Of a stretch of DNA of 64,000 bases, positions 19,300 through 29,780 are shown in pieces; position 1 is the first letter of the stretch; every line of letters begins with the position of its first letter. The stretch spans positions 1,220 through 65,219 of the forward strand of contig SFNQ01000007.1 of NCBI GenBank assembly GCA_004554165.1. The letters are read 5' to 3'. A model generated the notes under the pieces. That model was not told the origin of the DNA, did no database searches, and was given only the letters and a program-made list of their open reading frames with translations. This DNA is from Clostridiales bacterium. Lineage in GTDB: Bacteria > Bacillota > Clostridia > Christensenellales > CAG-138. Position numbers and translations under genes: made by a program.

Positions 19300-19335
19300 A
19301 TCCCATGCACAGTGAATTCAGGGGAGGAAGTTTCC

Positions 19336-21411
19336 ATGTTTACGGAGATTATTAAGCGGGATGGACGCACCGAGGCCTTTGACCGCAGTAAAATTCAGAG
19401 CGCAATCTGGAAAGCGGCTCAGGCGGTCAACGGTACCGATGAGGCGCTGTCCGAGCGTCTGACCGACGAGGTGGTTCGCCTTGCGGAGCAGAAATACAGC
19501 AACCGCCTGCCGGACGTGGAAGGCATTCAGGATATCGTTGAGAAGGTGCTCATCGAGGCGGGGCATGCGCGCACGGCCAAGGCCTATATCCTCTATCGTG
19601 AAAAGCGCCGCAGCACCCGGGAAATCAACGCGCTGATCGGCGCGACCATCGACATGTTCGGCGACTACCTCAACGACAAGGATTGGCAGATCAAAGAGAA
19701 TTCCAATATGCAAAAGAGCGTCAACGGGCTCAACAACTATGTCCGCGAGGCGTTTACAAAGAAATACTGGCTCTATGAGGTCTATCCAATCGACGTATGC
19801 AAGGCCCATGAGAGCGGCGACGCGCATATTCACGATCTGGGCTTTTTCGGCCCCTATTGCGCGGGCTGGGATCTTCGCCAGCTGCTGATGGAGGGCTTTG
19901 GCGGCGTGGAGGGCAAAGTGGAGTCCAAGCCCGCCAAGCACCTGCGCTCCTTCCTCGGCCAGATCGTCAATTCGACCTTTACCACGCAGGGCGAGACTGC
20001 GGGCGCACAGGCCTGGAGCTCCTTTGATACCTTCTGCGCGCCCTTTGTGCGCTATGACAACATGGACTTTGAGCAGGTGCGCCAGTGCCTGCAGGAGTTC
20101 GTGTTCAACATCAACGTGCCCACCCGCGTGGGCTTCCAGTGCCCCTTTTCCAACCTGACCTTCGATATCAAGGTGCCGGGTACGCTGAAGAATGAGCCCG
20201 TCATCATCGGCGGCCAGTACACCTCCGACACCTATGGCGATTTCCAGAAGGAGATGGATCTGTTCAACCGCGCTTTCTGCGCCGTCATGCTGGAGGGCGA
20301 CGCCAAGGGCCGCGTGTTCACCTTCCCCATCCCGACGATCAACATCACAAAGGATTTCGACTGGAACACGCCCGTGGTGGACGATTTCATGCGCATCACC
20401 TGCAAGTACGGCATTCCGTACTTTGCCAACTACGTCAATTCCGACCTCTCGCCGGAGGACGCGGTGTCCATGTGCTGCCGTCTGCGCCTGGATAAGCGGG
20501 AGCTGAGAAAGCGGGGCGGCGGCCTGTTCGGCAGCAATCCCATGACCGGCTCCATCGGCGTTTATACGATCAACCTTCCGCGCATCGGCTATCTTTCCAA
20601 GACGCGGGAGGAGTTCATGGCGCGGCTGGAGCGCGTCGCAACGCTGGGCAAGGTCAGCCTCGAGATCAAGCGCAAGATCATCGAGCGTCAGACCGAGCGG
20701 GGACTCTACCCCTATTCCGCCTTCTATCTGCGCAACATCAAGGCGCGTACCGGCGAGTACTGGACGAACCACTTCAACACCATCGGCCTTGTGGGCATGA
20801 ACGAAGCCTGCCTGAACTTCCTCGGCAAGGACATCGGCAGCCCCGAGGGGCTGGCCTTCTCGCTGGATGTGATGCATTTTCTGCGGGATCTGATGGTGCG
20901 GTTCCAGGAGGAAACCGGGCATAGCTACAACCTGGAGGCGACGCCTGCGGAGGGCACGAGCTACCGCCTCGCCAAGCTCGACAAGGCGCGTTATCCCGAC
21001 ATCATCCAGTCGGGCATCGACGAGCCCATGTATACGAATTCCTCGCAGCTGCCCGTGACCTATACGGACGATATCTTCGAGTGCTGCGATTTGCAGGATG
21101 AGCTCCAGTCGCTCTACACTGGCGGAACGGTGCAACACCTGTACATCGGCGAGCGCATCGAGGACATCGAAACCTGTAAGGAGCTGATCCGCTCGATCTT
21201 CCATAAGTACAAGATGCCCTATATCTCCCTCACGCCGACCTTCTCCGTCTGCCATGAGCATGGCTATATCGCAGGCGAGCATTTTACCTGCCCCGAGTGC
21301 GGCAGGGACGCGGAGGTGTGGAGCCGCGTGGTGGGATATCTGCGCCCGGTGCAGAACTATAATCCCGGCAAGAAGGAAGAGTACATGATGCGCAGGAAGT
21401 TTGTCATCTGA
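19336..21411 (+). CDS. nrdD: Anaerobic ribonucleoside-triphosphate reductase
   Basis: N-terminal ATP-cone, C-terminal CPECG zinc site and glycyl-radical motif RVVGYLRP. GGAGG lies upstream of ATG 19336. Confidence 0.95.
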   Translation: MFTEIIKRDGRTEAFDRSKIQSAIWKAAQAVNGTDEALSERLTDEVVRLAEQKYSNRLPDVEGIQDIVEKVLIEAGHARTAKAYILYREKRRSTREINALIGATIDMFGDYLNDKDWQIKENSNMQKSVNGLNNYVREAFTKKYWLYEVYPIDVCKAHESGDAHIHDLGFFGPYCAGWDLRQLLMEGFGGVEGKVESKPAKHLRSFLGQIVNSTFTTQGETAGAQAWSSFDTFCAPFVRYDNMDFEQVRQCLQEFVFNINVPTRVGFQCPFSNLTFDIKVPGTLKNEPVIIGGQYTSDTYGDFQKEMDLFNRAFCAVMLEGDAKGRVFTFPIPTINITKDFDWNTPVVDDFMRITCKYGIPYFANYVNSDLSPEDAVSMCCRLRLDKRELRKRGGGLFGSNPMTGSIGVYTINLPRIGYLSKTREEFMARLERVATLGKVSLEIKRKIIERQTERGLYPYSAFYLRNIKARTGEYWTNHFNTIGLVGMNEACLNFLGKDIGSPEGLAFSLDVMHFLRDLMVRFQEETGHSYNLEATPAEGTSYRLAKLDKARYPDIIQSGIDEPMYTNSSQLPVTYTDDIFECCDLQDELQSLYTGGTVQHLYIGERIEDIETCKELIRSIFHKYKMPYISLTPTFSVCHEHGYIAGEHFTCPECGRDAEVWSRVVGYLRPVQNYNPGKKEEYMMRRKFVI

Positions 21412-21527
21412 CAGGGAACTTCTGCGGCCCGACTTTGGCGCGGCGATCCCTTCGCCGCGCCAGCTCTGCTTTAGAGCGCCGCTGCGGTTGCGCGGCGGGC
21501 GCGGACAGGATCAGGAGAAGCAAAGAT

Positions 21528-22199
21528 ATGCTGATTGCAGGCTTTCGCAAGACCTCGTTCATAGACTATCCGGGCCAGCCCTGCGCCGTGGTCTTTACGC
21601 CCTATTGCAATATGGACTGCTCCTATTGTCACAATGCGGAAATTCTGCGCGGCAGCGTACCGCTGGTTCCCGAGGAGGAGGTCATGGCGTATCTTGCCAA
21701 GCGGGCGGGCCTGCTCCGGGCGTTGACGATATCGGGCGGCGAGCCGACCTTGCAGCAGAACCTGCTTCCCTTTATTGTGGCGGCGCGGGAGCTTGGCTAT
21801 CGCATCAAGCTGGACACCAACGGCACAAAACCGCAGGTGCTGAAAGAATTGATGCAGAAGGGGCTGCTGGACTATGTGGCGATGGACGTCAAGGCCTCGC
21901 CGGAGAAGTACGATGCTGTCACGCGCGTGAAAAACGACATGGATGCAATCCGAAGGAGCATCGCCCTGCTTCGTAACGGCGCCGTTGCGCACGAATTTCG
22001 CACCACCTTTGCGCCGGAGCTTACCGCAGAGGATGTGCTGGCGGCGGCAGCCATGGTCAAGGGCACGGAGCGCTACTTTTTGCAGCAGTACCGGCCCTGC
22101 AAGCCTGAGGATGCCGAGCCGCACCCGCCCTCCTATGTGCGCGAAACGGCGGCGCGGGTCGAGGCGGAAATCGGCGTTTGTACGGTGCGCGGACTCTGA
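21528..22199 (+). CDS. nrdG: Anaerobic ribonucleotide reductase activating protein (radical SAM)
   Basis: CNMDCSYCHN radical-SAM motif. Follows nrdD. AGGAG lies upstream of ATG 21528. Confidence 0.9.
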   Translation: MLIAGFRKTSFIDYPGQPCAVVFTPYCNMDCSYCHNAEILRGSVPLVPEEEVMAYLAKRAGLLRALTISGGEPTLQQNLLPFIVAARELGYRIKLDTNGTKPQVLKELMQKGLLDYVAMDVKASPEKYDAVTRVKNDMDAIRRSIALLRNGAVAHEFRTTFAPELTAEDVLAAAAMVKGTERYFLQQYRPCKPEDAEPHPPSYVRETAARVEAEIGVCTVRGL

Positions 22200-22547
22200 G
22201 CGGGCGCTGCCCGCAGAGCAAAGCGTCGGCAGAGAAAACGCGGTTTTGGCGCTTCTTCCGCCTTTCTCCCTCCAAACAGAGCTTACCGTAGCAAAGCCTT
22301 CCGTCCCCTGGCCTGTGGATACCCTGCCGCACCGGGAGCGTGCAGTCCGGGGTCGGTGCGCCGGGTGCCCCGGGCCTGTTTCATGCGCGGCCCTGTCCCG
22401 CCAGCCCGGCCGTCCTTCCGATAAGACCCCGCCTTCCACAGAAGCGATGAAGCGTGCTGCAACAGGCCCTCGCCATACACCGGGGCTTTTCCTTTTCCAT
22501 GCTTTGTTTTACAACAGGACAAAACAGTCGCAGGAACGAAAGAAAGT

Positions 22548-23228
22548 ATGAGATATGAAAACATCCGGCCCGCCATATTCCTCAACCGGCCCAACCGCTT
22601 TATCGCCAATATCCGGCTGGACGGCAATGCGGTGGCGTGCCATGTAAAGAATACGGGCCGTTGCAGGGAACTGCTGCTCCCCGGCGCCAGGGTGCTGGTG
22701 CAGATGTCCGGCGCAGCCGGGCGCAAAACGTCCTGCGACCTGATCGCCGTATGGAAGGGGAGCCGCCTTGTCAACATGGATGCGCAGGCGCCCAACCGGG
22801 TATTCGGCGAATGGCTGTCCGGCGGCGGCCTGGGCGTTACGCCGGGGCTGATACGTCCCGAATGTACCCACGGCGATTCCAGATTTGATTTTTATTTTGA
22901 GGCCAACGGCCGGCGCGCCTTTGCGGAAATCAAGGGCGTGACCCTGGAGGAGGAGGGCGTCGCCCGCTTTCCCGACGCGCCGACAGAGCGGGGCGTGAAA
23001 CACCTCCACGGTCTGATCCGCGCCGTTTCCGAGGGCTATGATGCGTACGCGGTGTTCATCATCCAGATGCGGGGCGTTACGCGCTTCGAGCCGAATTGGG
23101 CGGTTCATCCCGCCTTTGGCCATGCGCTCCAAAAAGCGCAGGCAGCCGGGGTCCGCGTTCTCGCGCTGGACTGCGACGTGACGGAAAACAGCCTTGCGAT
23201 CCATGCACCCGTGCAGGTTGAATTGTAA
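22548..23228 (+). CDS. sfsA: Sugar fermentation stimulation protein SfsA
   Basis: 226 aa, ..FLNRPNRFIANIRLDG..HVKNTGRC..PTERGVKHL is typical of SfsA. Confidence 0.9.
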   Translation: MRYENIRPAIFLNRPNRFIANIRLDGNAVACHVKNTGRCRELLLPGARVLVQMSGAAGRKTSCDLIAVWKGSRLVNMDAQAPNRVFGEWLSGGGLGVTPGLIRPECTHGDSRFDFYFEANGRRAFAEIKGVTLEEEGVARFPDAPTERGVKHLHGLIRAVSEGYDAYAVFIIQMRGVTRFEPNWAVHPAFGHALQKAQAAGVRVLALDCDVTENSLAIHAPVQVEL

Positions 23229-23481
23229 TTACGGGAGCGCCCGGAGGACGGGGCAATCGGCAGCGGCAGGGCCATGCCGCGGAAGCCGGACAGCAGGGGG
23301 CGCAGGTTGAACAGAGGTTCTGTGCGCGGGGCGAATGAAGCCGGCAGCGGACAGGACGCAGCGACATTTTTCGATTTCATCGATGCCGGAGAAACAGAGG
23401 GGATGCGCCGCCACGGGACGGTACGGCAAAAAGCCCCGGCAAGAGCGGAAGCCCTGATGGGGACCGACGACCGAAAGCCCG

Positions 23482-23504
23482 CGTTCCATCCGGAACGTTT
23501 TTTT
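23482..23504 (+). terminator. Intrinsic terminator (plus strand) abutting the uvrC stop
   Basis: CGTTCC-ATCC-GGAACG followed by T7. Confidence 0.6.
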
Positions 23505-25344
23505 ATTCTCTGCTTTGGGGGTGAAAGTAGGCGTATACTGCCTGCGCGCTGGGCCGGTTCATGCCGGGTACGGCTGCAAGGGTGTCCACATCGGCGCTTT
23601 TGATGGCGTTGAGCGTGGTAAAGGCGTCGAACAGGGCGCGCTTGCGCCTGTCGCCAATGCCGTCGATTTCGTCCAGCACGGAAAAGAGCGCAGTTTTCTG
23701 GCGGAGGCTCCTGTGATAGGTAATGGCAAAGCGGTGCGCCTCGTCGCGGATGCGCTCCAGCAGGTGCAGCGCGGCGCTGGCCCGCGGCAGCTCGATGGGC
23801 GTTTCCCTGCCGGGTACATAGATCAGCTCGTGGAGCTCGGCAAGGCCGATTGCCGGGATAAAGGACAGGCCAAAGGCGTCCAGAACTTCCGTTGCAACGG
23901 CCAGCTGCGTTCTGCCGCCGTCGATGATGAGCAGGTCCGGCAGCGCGTCAAAGCCCGCGTCGCCGTTTTTCGCGCGGGCAAAGCGCCGGGAGAGCGCCTC
24001 GCGCATGGCGGCCAGGTCGTCGCCGCCCGTGTCCGTGCGGATGCGGAACCTGCGGTAGGCCTTCCTATCCGGCTGGCCGTCCGTAAATACGACCATGGAG
24101 GAAACCGTATCGCGGCCCTGTAAGTGGGAGTTGTCAAAGCATTCCATGCGCTGCGGCAGGGTTTCCAGTCCCAGAATTCCCGTCAGCTGCGCAAGCGCGC
24201 CCTCGCCGCGCTCCCAGGCCCGCTTTTGCAGCGCGGCGTCCTTTTCCAGCGCGTCGATGCAGTTGCGGTAGCACAGGCTGGCAAGCTGCGCCTTGTCGCC
24301 CCGCTGCGGCCTGTGCAGGCGAACGCTGCGGCCCCCGGCCGCGGACAGCCAGGACTGAATCTGCGGAAGCTCCGAGGGCTCGCTGTGTACGAGAATCTCC
24401 GGCGGGATGCTGTCCGCCTCCGCATAGTATTGCTTGAGAAAGGCGGCCATGATATCCGCGTCGCTTTCGTCCGACAGAGCGCCCATGCGGAACCGCTCCG
24501 TGCCGATGACCTTGCCGTCGCGCACAAACAGCGCAAAGACCAGAACCGCGCCGTCCAGCCTGCCCACGGCGAACACATCCGACATGGAATGGTTGACGCC
24601 GATGACCACCTGCTTATCGGCAAGGGATCGGATGGCGTGGATGCGATCGCGCAGGTAGGCAGCCCGCTCAAAATCGAGCGCTGCGGCAGAGGACTCCATC
24701 TGCGCCTCCAGCTCGCGCAGCACCCCCGCCGTATCGCCCGAAAGGAAGGCGATGACCTCCGAGAGCATCGCGTGGTATTCCTCGCGGCTGACCTTGCCGG
24801 AGCAGGGCGCGCAGCACTTGCCCACATGGTGCATCAGACAGGGCCGCTCGCGCCGGGCGATGGCCCTTTTGAGATCCTTTTTGCAGTGGCGGATGGGGAA
24901 ATGATCGCGCACCACGTTCATGCTCTCGCGCAGCAGCAGGGCGGAGAGATAGGGGCCAAGATAGCGCGCGCCGTCCTTTTTTACGCGGCGGACGATCTCA
25001 ACGCGGGGAAAATCCTGCCGAAGATCGATGCGCACATAGGGAAAGTGCTTGTCGTCCTTGAGCAGGATGTTGTACTTGGGCTTGAACTGCTTGATGAGAT
25101 TGCTCTCCAGCGAGAGCGCCTCCGTCTCGTTGGATACGCGGATCGTTTCAAAGTCCGCGATGTGCCGCACCATGGCGGCGACCTTTGCCGGCTGGTTTTT
25201 GCCGCTTTGGAAATATTGCCGTACGCGGTTTTTCAGGGAGACTGCTTTGCCGACATAGATGACCTCGCCCGCCTCGTTGAACATCTTGTAGACGCCGGGG
25301 GCGGAGGGCAGGAGCCTGAGCTTTTCCTCGATGATCTGGTTCAT
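23503..25344 (-). CDS. uvrC: Excinuclease ABC subunit C
   Basis: 613 aa with an N-terminal GIY-YIG (GVYKMFNEAGEVIYVGKA), a UVR domain and a C-terminal HhH. Confidence 0.95.
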   Translation of the reverse strand: MNQIIEEKLRLLPSAPGVYKMFNEAGEVIYVGKAVSLKNRVRQYFQSGKNQPAKVAAMVRHIADFETIRVSNETEALSLESNLIKQFKPKYNILLKDDKHFPYVRIDLRQDFPRVEIVRRVKKDGARYLGPYLSALLLRESMNVVRDHFPIRHCKKDLKRAIARRERPCLMHHVGKCCAPCSGKVSREEYHAMLSEVIAFLSGDTAGVLRELEAQMESSAAALDFERAAYLRDRIHAIRSLADKQVVIGVNHSMSDVFAVGRLDGAVLVFALFVRDGKVIGTERFRMGALSDESDADIMAAFLKQYYAEADSIPPEILVHSEPSELPQIQSWLSAAGGRSVRLHRPQRGDKAQLASLCYRNCIDALEKDAALQKRAWERGEGALAQLTGILGLETLPQRMECFDNSHLQGRDTVSSMVVFTDGQPDRKAYRRFRIRTDTGGDDLAAMREALSRRFARAKNGDAGFDALPDLLIIDGGRTQLAVATEVLDAFGLSFIPAIGLAELHELIYVPGRETPIELPRASAALHLLERIRDEAHRFAITYHRSLRQKTALFSVLDEIDGIGDRRKRALFDAFTTLNAIKSADVDTLAAVPGMNRPSAQAVYAYFHPQSRE

Positions 25345-25943
25345 GCCGGCCTGCCTGGCCCGGAGCGGGGCAAAAGCCCGCCCTCCAGCGCGCCCGCATC
25401 CTTCAGCATGCGGTACAGAAGCGGCAGCGGCAGGCCGATGACGTTGAAATAGTTCCCCTCGATGCGCGCAACGAAAACACCGCCCGGACCCTGCACGCCG
25501 TAAGCGCCGGCCTTGTCCAGCGGCTCTCCGGTGGAAACGTACCAGTCGATCTCCGCCTCCGTCATGGGCGCAAAGGTGACGTCCGTGGCTTCGCAGCGCA
25601 GGTCAACCCTGCCGCCGGCGAGTACGGCCAGGCCCGTATAGACCGTATGCCGCCGTCCCTGCATGCGCAAAAGATACTGTTTGGCCCGCTGTGGCGTATG
25701 GGGCTTGCCGAGGATATCCCCGTCCAGATAGACCACCGTATCCGCGCCGATGACGCAGTCCTCCGGGTGGCTTGCCGCCACGGCCTGGGCCTTTTGCAGC
25801 GCCAGTGCCTTCACATAGTCGGAAACGGCGGCGCCCTCCGGCGGGCGTTCCTCCACATCGCTGGTAATTACGGTAAAATCGAGCCCCAACAGCGTGAGCA
25901 GCTCGCGCCGCCGGGGAGACTGGGAGGCAAGGATGAGCTTCAT
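25341..25943 (-). CDS. maf: Maf-family nucleoside triphosphate pyrophosphatase
   Basis: MKLILASQSPRRRELL.. is typical of Maf. Its start overlaps the xth stop (ATGA) and its stop overlaps the uvrC start. Confidence 0.9.
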   Translation of the reverse strand: MKLILASQSPRRRELLTLLGLDFTVITSDVEERPPEGAAVSDYVKALALQKAQAVAASHPEDCVIGADTVVYLDGDILGKPHTPQRAKQYLLRMQGRRHTVYTGLAVLAGGRVDLRCEATDVTFAPMTEAEIDWYVSTGEPLDKAGAYGVQGPGGVFVARIEGNYFNVIGLPLPLLYRMLKDAGALEGGLLPRSGPGRPA

Positions 25944-26707
25944 GCTTCGGTTCCGTCCTTTAACAGCAGGCAGACGGGGCAATGGTCGCTGCCGTAGATA
26001 TCGTTCATGAGGATGCTGTCGCGCACGCGGGGCATGAGCCGGTTGGAAACAAGAAAATAGTCGATGCGCCAGCCCGCGTTCCTTGCCCGCGCGGCGCTGC
26101 GGTAGCTCCACCAGGAGTAGGCCTGCGCCACATCGGGATACAGCGTGCGGAAGCTGTCCGAAAAGCCGGCGGCCAGCAGCTCCGTCATCTTGCCCCGCTC
26201 CTCGTCGGAAAAGCCGGCGTTGCCGCGGTTCTGAGCGGGGTTTTTGAGATCAATCTCGTTGTGCGCAACGTTGAGGTCGCCGCAGAGGATAACGGGCTTT
26301 TTCCGGTCCAGCGCCGTAAGATACCCACGCAGCGCGTCCTCAAAGGCCATGCGATAGTCGATGCGGCGGAGGCCGTCCTGCGCATTCGGCGTATAGACGG
26401 TGACAAACCAGTAGTCCGGGTATTCCAGGGTGATGACCCGTCCCTCGCAGTCGAACTCCGGCCTGTCGATCCCATAGGCGACGGAAAGCGGCGCTTCCTT
26501 TACAAAGACCGCCGTGCCGGAGTAGCCCTTCTTTTCCGCGCTGTGCCAGTATTGCAGGTAGCCGGGGAGGGGCACCTCGGCCTGATGCGGCTGCATCTTG
26601 GTTTCCTGCAAGGCCATAATGTCCGGCGACTGCGCCTCCACAAAAGCAAGGAACCCCTTGTCCATACAGGCCCGAAGCCCGTTTACATTCCAGGAAATCA
26701 TCTTCAT
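25940..26707 (-). CDS. xth: Exodeoxyribonuclease III
   Basis: 255 aa, MKMISWNVNGLRA..IMALQETK..SDHCPV. Confidence 0.9.
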   Translation of the reverse strand: MKMISWNVNGLRACMDKGFLAFVEAQSPDIMALQETKMQPHQAEVPLPGYLQYWHSAEKKGYSGTAVFVKEAPLSVAYGIDRPEFDCEGRVITLEYPDYWFVTVYTPNAQDGLRRIDYRMAFEDALRGYLTALDRKKPVILCGDLNVAHNEIDLKNPAQNRGNAGFSDEERGKMTELLAAGFSDSFRTLYPDVAQAYSWWSYRSAARARNAGWRIDYFLVSNRLMPRVRDSILMNDIYGSDHCPVCLLLKDGTEA

Positions 26708-26797
26708 ACTTTCATTATAGCATTGACAGAATCCACAAACAATCCTATAATTGCATTATAAACTGTATCAAATGATACAAAAATCAGGAGGAAAACT

Positions 26798-27457
26798 TTG
26801 GCTCGTTCCAGATCCCCTGCGGCATACGCTTCCCTTGCGGCCACAACCTTCCTGTTTTCCGGCCTCACCGAGGAGGAAACGGAGGCGCTGCTTGGCCATC
26901 CGGAGGCCTTCGTGCAGAGCTATGCGCGCGGTGAGCGCATCCGTACGGAGCATGGCGCGTTCCGTGCGCTGGGCATCCTGCTTTCGGGCGGTGCGGTCGT
27001 CGAAAAGCACGCGGGGAGCAGCGTCATGCGCATGAGCGTGCTGCGGCCGGGGGATCTGTTCGGCGCGGCGTCGATCTTCTGCGAGGCTGAGGATTATGTT
27101 GCGCAGATCGTGGCGGACGGACATACCCGCGCGCTGATTCTGCCGGAGACCGCTCTGCTGTCCATGATGCACCGGGACCAGCGGGTGATGGAGAATTACA
27201 TCCGTTACCTGACCGCGCGCATCCGCTTTCTGAGCGTCCGGATCGACGGCTTTGTCTGCGGCGGCTCGGAGGAACGGGTGCTGCTGTTTTTGAGCAACAA
27301 TGCCGAGCAGGGCGTTTGTACGCTGCCCTATGGCATGGAAACCTTTGCGCGGACGCTCTCCATGAGCCGGGCGACGCTCTACCGCGCGCTGGACGCGCTG
27401 GCCGATGCGGGCAGAATCCGGCGAAACGGAAGAAGTTTTACTATCCTGACGGACTGA
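26798..27457 (+). CDS. Crp/Fnr-family transcriptional regulator
   Basis: cNMP-binding-like N-domain and a C-terminal HTH (..SMSRATLYRALDAL..). TTG start sits after AGGAGG. Confidence 0.8.
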   Translation: MARSRSPAAYASLAATTFLFSGLTEEETEALLGHPEAFVQSYARGERIRTEHGAFRALGILLSGGAVVEKHAGSSVMRMSVLRPGDLFGAASIFCEAEDYVAQIVADGHTRALILPETALLSMMHRDQRVMENYIRYLTARIRFLSVRIDGFVCGGSEERVLLFLSNNAEQGVCTLPYGMETFARTLSMSRATLYRALDALADAGRIRRNGRSFTILTD

Positions 27458-27481
27458 AACGACAATGAGGAGGGAAGAAAT

Positions 27482-28435
27482 ATGGAACGGAAATTCAAAA
27501 GCATTCTCTGCGCCCTGCTGTGCCTGGCGCTTGCGTTCTCCCTGACCGCCTGCAAAAAGGCGGAGCAGCCCGTGCTGCAGGTGGCGGCGCTGAAGGGGCC
27601 CACCGGGCTGGGGCTTTCAAAGCTCATGACGGATGCGGAGGACAATTTTGAAATCACGCTCTACGACGCGCCGGACGCCGTGACCGGGAAATTCATCAGC
27701 GGCGAGATCGATATCGCCGCCGTGCCCATCAACCTCGCCTCCGTGCTGTACAGCAAGACCCAGGGGCAGGCGGTCATGATCGCGGTGAACACCCTGGGCG
27801 TGCTCTACATCCTGGAAAACGGGGAGACGGTGGGGAGCCTGTCCGACCTTGCCGGCAGAACCCTGTACGCCACGGGGCAGGGCAGCACGCCGGAATACGT
27901 CCTCAACCGTCTGCTTGCGGAAAATGGGCTGACGGACAGCGTAACGGTGGAATATGTGGGCGAGCACGCGGCGCTGGCGGCGATGATGGCCTCGGGCGAG
28001 GCGGAGCTTGCCATGCTGCCGGAGCCCAACGTCTCGGCCGTACTGCTCAAAAACGAGAAGGTGCGGATTGCGCTGGATCTGACGGAGGCATGGGAAACCG
28101 CCTTCGATACCACGCTGGTGCAGGGCTGCTATATCGTGCAAAAGTCCGTGCTCGACGAACACCCTGAAGCGGTCAGCGCCTTTGTGGAGGCTGCGGGCAG
28201 GTCCGCGGAGTATATGCTGACGGCGGATGACGCGGCAAAGATTGCCGCAGAGCAGGGCGTCGTTGCTTCCGAGCAGATCGCCGCAAAAGCCATGCAGAAC
28301 TGCAACCTTGTTTGCATTGCGGGCGAGGAAATGCAGCGCATTGCCTCCGCCATGCTGTCGGCGCTGTTTGAAGCCAACCCGAAATCCGTCGGCGGTGCCT
28401 TGCCGGACGATGCCTTCTATGCGGCGCTTTCCTGA
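27482..28435 (+). CDS. ABC transporter substrate-binding lipoprotein (NMT1/NitT/TauT-like)
   Basis: Lipobox LTAC and a periplasmic-binding fold. Followed by a permease and an ATPase. Confidence 0.8.
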   Translation: MERKFKSILCALLCLALAFSLTACKKAEQPVLQVAALKGPTGLGLSKLMTDAEDNFEITLYDAPDAVTGKFISGEIDIAAVPINLASVLYSKTQGQAVMIAVNTLGVLYILENGETVGSLSDLAGRTLYATGQGSTPEYVLNRLLAENGLTDSVTVEYVGEHAALAAMMASGEAELAMLPEPNVSAVLLKNEKVRIALDLTEAWETAFDTTLVQGCYIVQKSVLDEHPEAVSAFVEAAGRSAEYMLTADDAAKIAAEQGVVASEQIAAKAMQNCNLVCIAGEEMQRIASAMLSALFEANPKSVGGALPDDAFYAALS

Positions 28436-29165
28436 GACTGCGCTCAAAAAACTGGCCATAGCGGCCTTCTATCTTGCGCTGTGGCAGGGGCTTGCCAGCC
28501 TTGTGGGCAGGTCTCTGCTGCTGCCCGGGCCCTTCGAGACGATCGAACGGCTCGTGGCGCTGTTTTCGGAGGGCGCGGCCTGGGCGGCGGCGGGCATGAC
28601 GCTGCTGCGCATCCTCTCGGGCTATCTGCTGGGCATTGCAGCGGGCGTGCTGCTGGCCTGGTTTACGGCCCGCTCCCGGCTGATGGACGCGCTGCTGCGG
28701 CCCCTGCGGGCGGTGGTCAAGGCCACGCCCGTGACCTCCTTCATTCTGCTTGCGCTGCTCTGGCTGTCCTCGGGGCTTGTGCCGGTTTGCATCGCCTTTC
28801 TCATGACGCTGCCCATCGTCTGGGCCAATGTACACGAGGGGCTGGTCAACGTGGACGCCCAGCTTCTCGAAATGGCAAGGGTGTTCCGGCTGACGCGCTG
28901 GAAGCGAATCCGCGAGATTGAGATTCCTTCCGTCCTGCCGCAGTTTCTCGCGGCCTGCACCACCGCGCTGGGCTTTGCCTGGAAATCCGGCGTAGCGGCG
29001 GAGGTTATCGCCGTTCCGAGGCATGCGGTGGGCAGCGCGCTGTACCTGTCGAAGCTGACGCTGGAAACTGCCGATCTGTTTGCCTGGACGCTGCTGGTCA
29101 TTCTGCTCTCCATGATGCTGGAAGCGCTGCTTGTCCGCTTGCTCGGGAGGATTCGTCATGATTGA
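28410..29165 (+). CDS. ABC transporter permease (NitT/TauT family)
   Basis: Six predicted TM segments plus an EAA-like loop (..EMARVFRLTRWKRIREIEIPSV..). The start is ATG 28410 or 28419. Confidence 0.8.
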   Translation: MPSMRRFPETALKKLAIAAFYLALWQGLASLVGRSLLLPGPFETIERLVALFSEGAAWAAAGMTLLRILSGYLLGIAAGVLLAWFTARSRLMDALLRPLRAVVKATPVTSFILLALLWLSSGLVPVCIAFLMTLPIVWANVHEGLVNVDAQLLEMARVFRLTRWKRIREIEIPSVLPQFLAACTTALGFAWKSGVAAEVIAVPRHAVGSALYLSKLTLETADLFAWTLLVILLSMMLEALLVRLLGRIRHD

Positions 29166-29718
29166 ACTGAAAGATTTAACCGTCGCCTATGGAGACAAGC
29201 CGGTGCTGCGGGGCCTTGACGCGACCCTGCCGGACGATGGCTGCGTTGCGGTGCGGGGTGCGTCCGGCGCAGGAAAGACGACGCTGCTTCGCGTACTGGC
29301 GGGGCTCGTTGCGCCCGCTGCAGGCAGCATCAGCGGCCTGTCCCAACGCCGCGTTTCCATGGTGTTTCAGGAGGATCGCCTGCTGCCCTGGCGCAGTGCG
29401 CTGGAGAATGTGGCGCTGGTTTCCAATGGGGATACCGCGCGGGAATGTCTTGCGCTGGTGGGCCTGTCGAAGGAGGGAGACAGACTGCCCGGCGCGCTGT
29501 CCGGCGGCATGCGCCGCCGCGTGGCGATTGCGCGCGCGCTGGCTTATTCGGATGACGTGCTCCTGCTGGACGAGCCCTTTACCGGGCTGGACGCCGCCCT
29601 CCGGGCGCGCGTTGCCGCAGAAATCCGCAGCCGGGCGCGGCTCATCGTGCTTGTCACCCACGATGCGGAGGAGGAGGCGCTGCTGGGCGCAGGCTGCGGC
29701 ATTGCGCTCGGCGGCTGA
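29158..29718 (+). CDS. ABC transporter ATP-binding protein
   Basis: GASGAGKTT Walker A, LSGGMRRR signature, LLLDEP Walker B. Confidence 0.85.
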   Translation: MIELKDLTVAYGDKPVLRGLDATLPDDGCVAVRGASGAGKTTLLRVLAGLVAPAAGSISGLSQRRVSMVFQEDRLLPWRSALENVALVSNGDTARECLALVGLSKEGDRLPGALSGGMRRRVAIARALAYSDDVLLLDEPFTGLDAALRARVAAEIRSRARLIVLVTHDAEEEALLGAGCGIALGG

Positions 29719-29780
29719 TCCTTTCCGGATTTCGCCAAAATCACTCCCCAGCCCTGCCGCATAAAAATCCATCCTTTGTC

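Noticed and set aside
19318-21282. 654-aa minus-strand ORF
   Set aside because: Antisense to nrdD, whose identity is unambiguous.
23229-23502. Possible fourth, truncated copy of the structured element (shares TTCCATCCGG and an AAAAAGCCCCGG-like segment)
   Set aside because: Only two short blocks match, the spacing is wrong, and no collinear alignment can be made by eye. The TTCCATCCGGAACG segment is better explained as the sfsA-side terminator hairpin.
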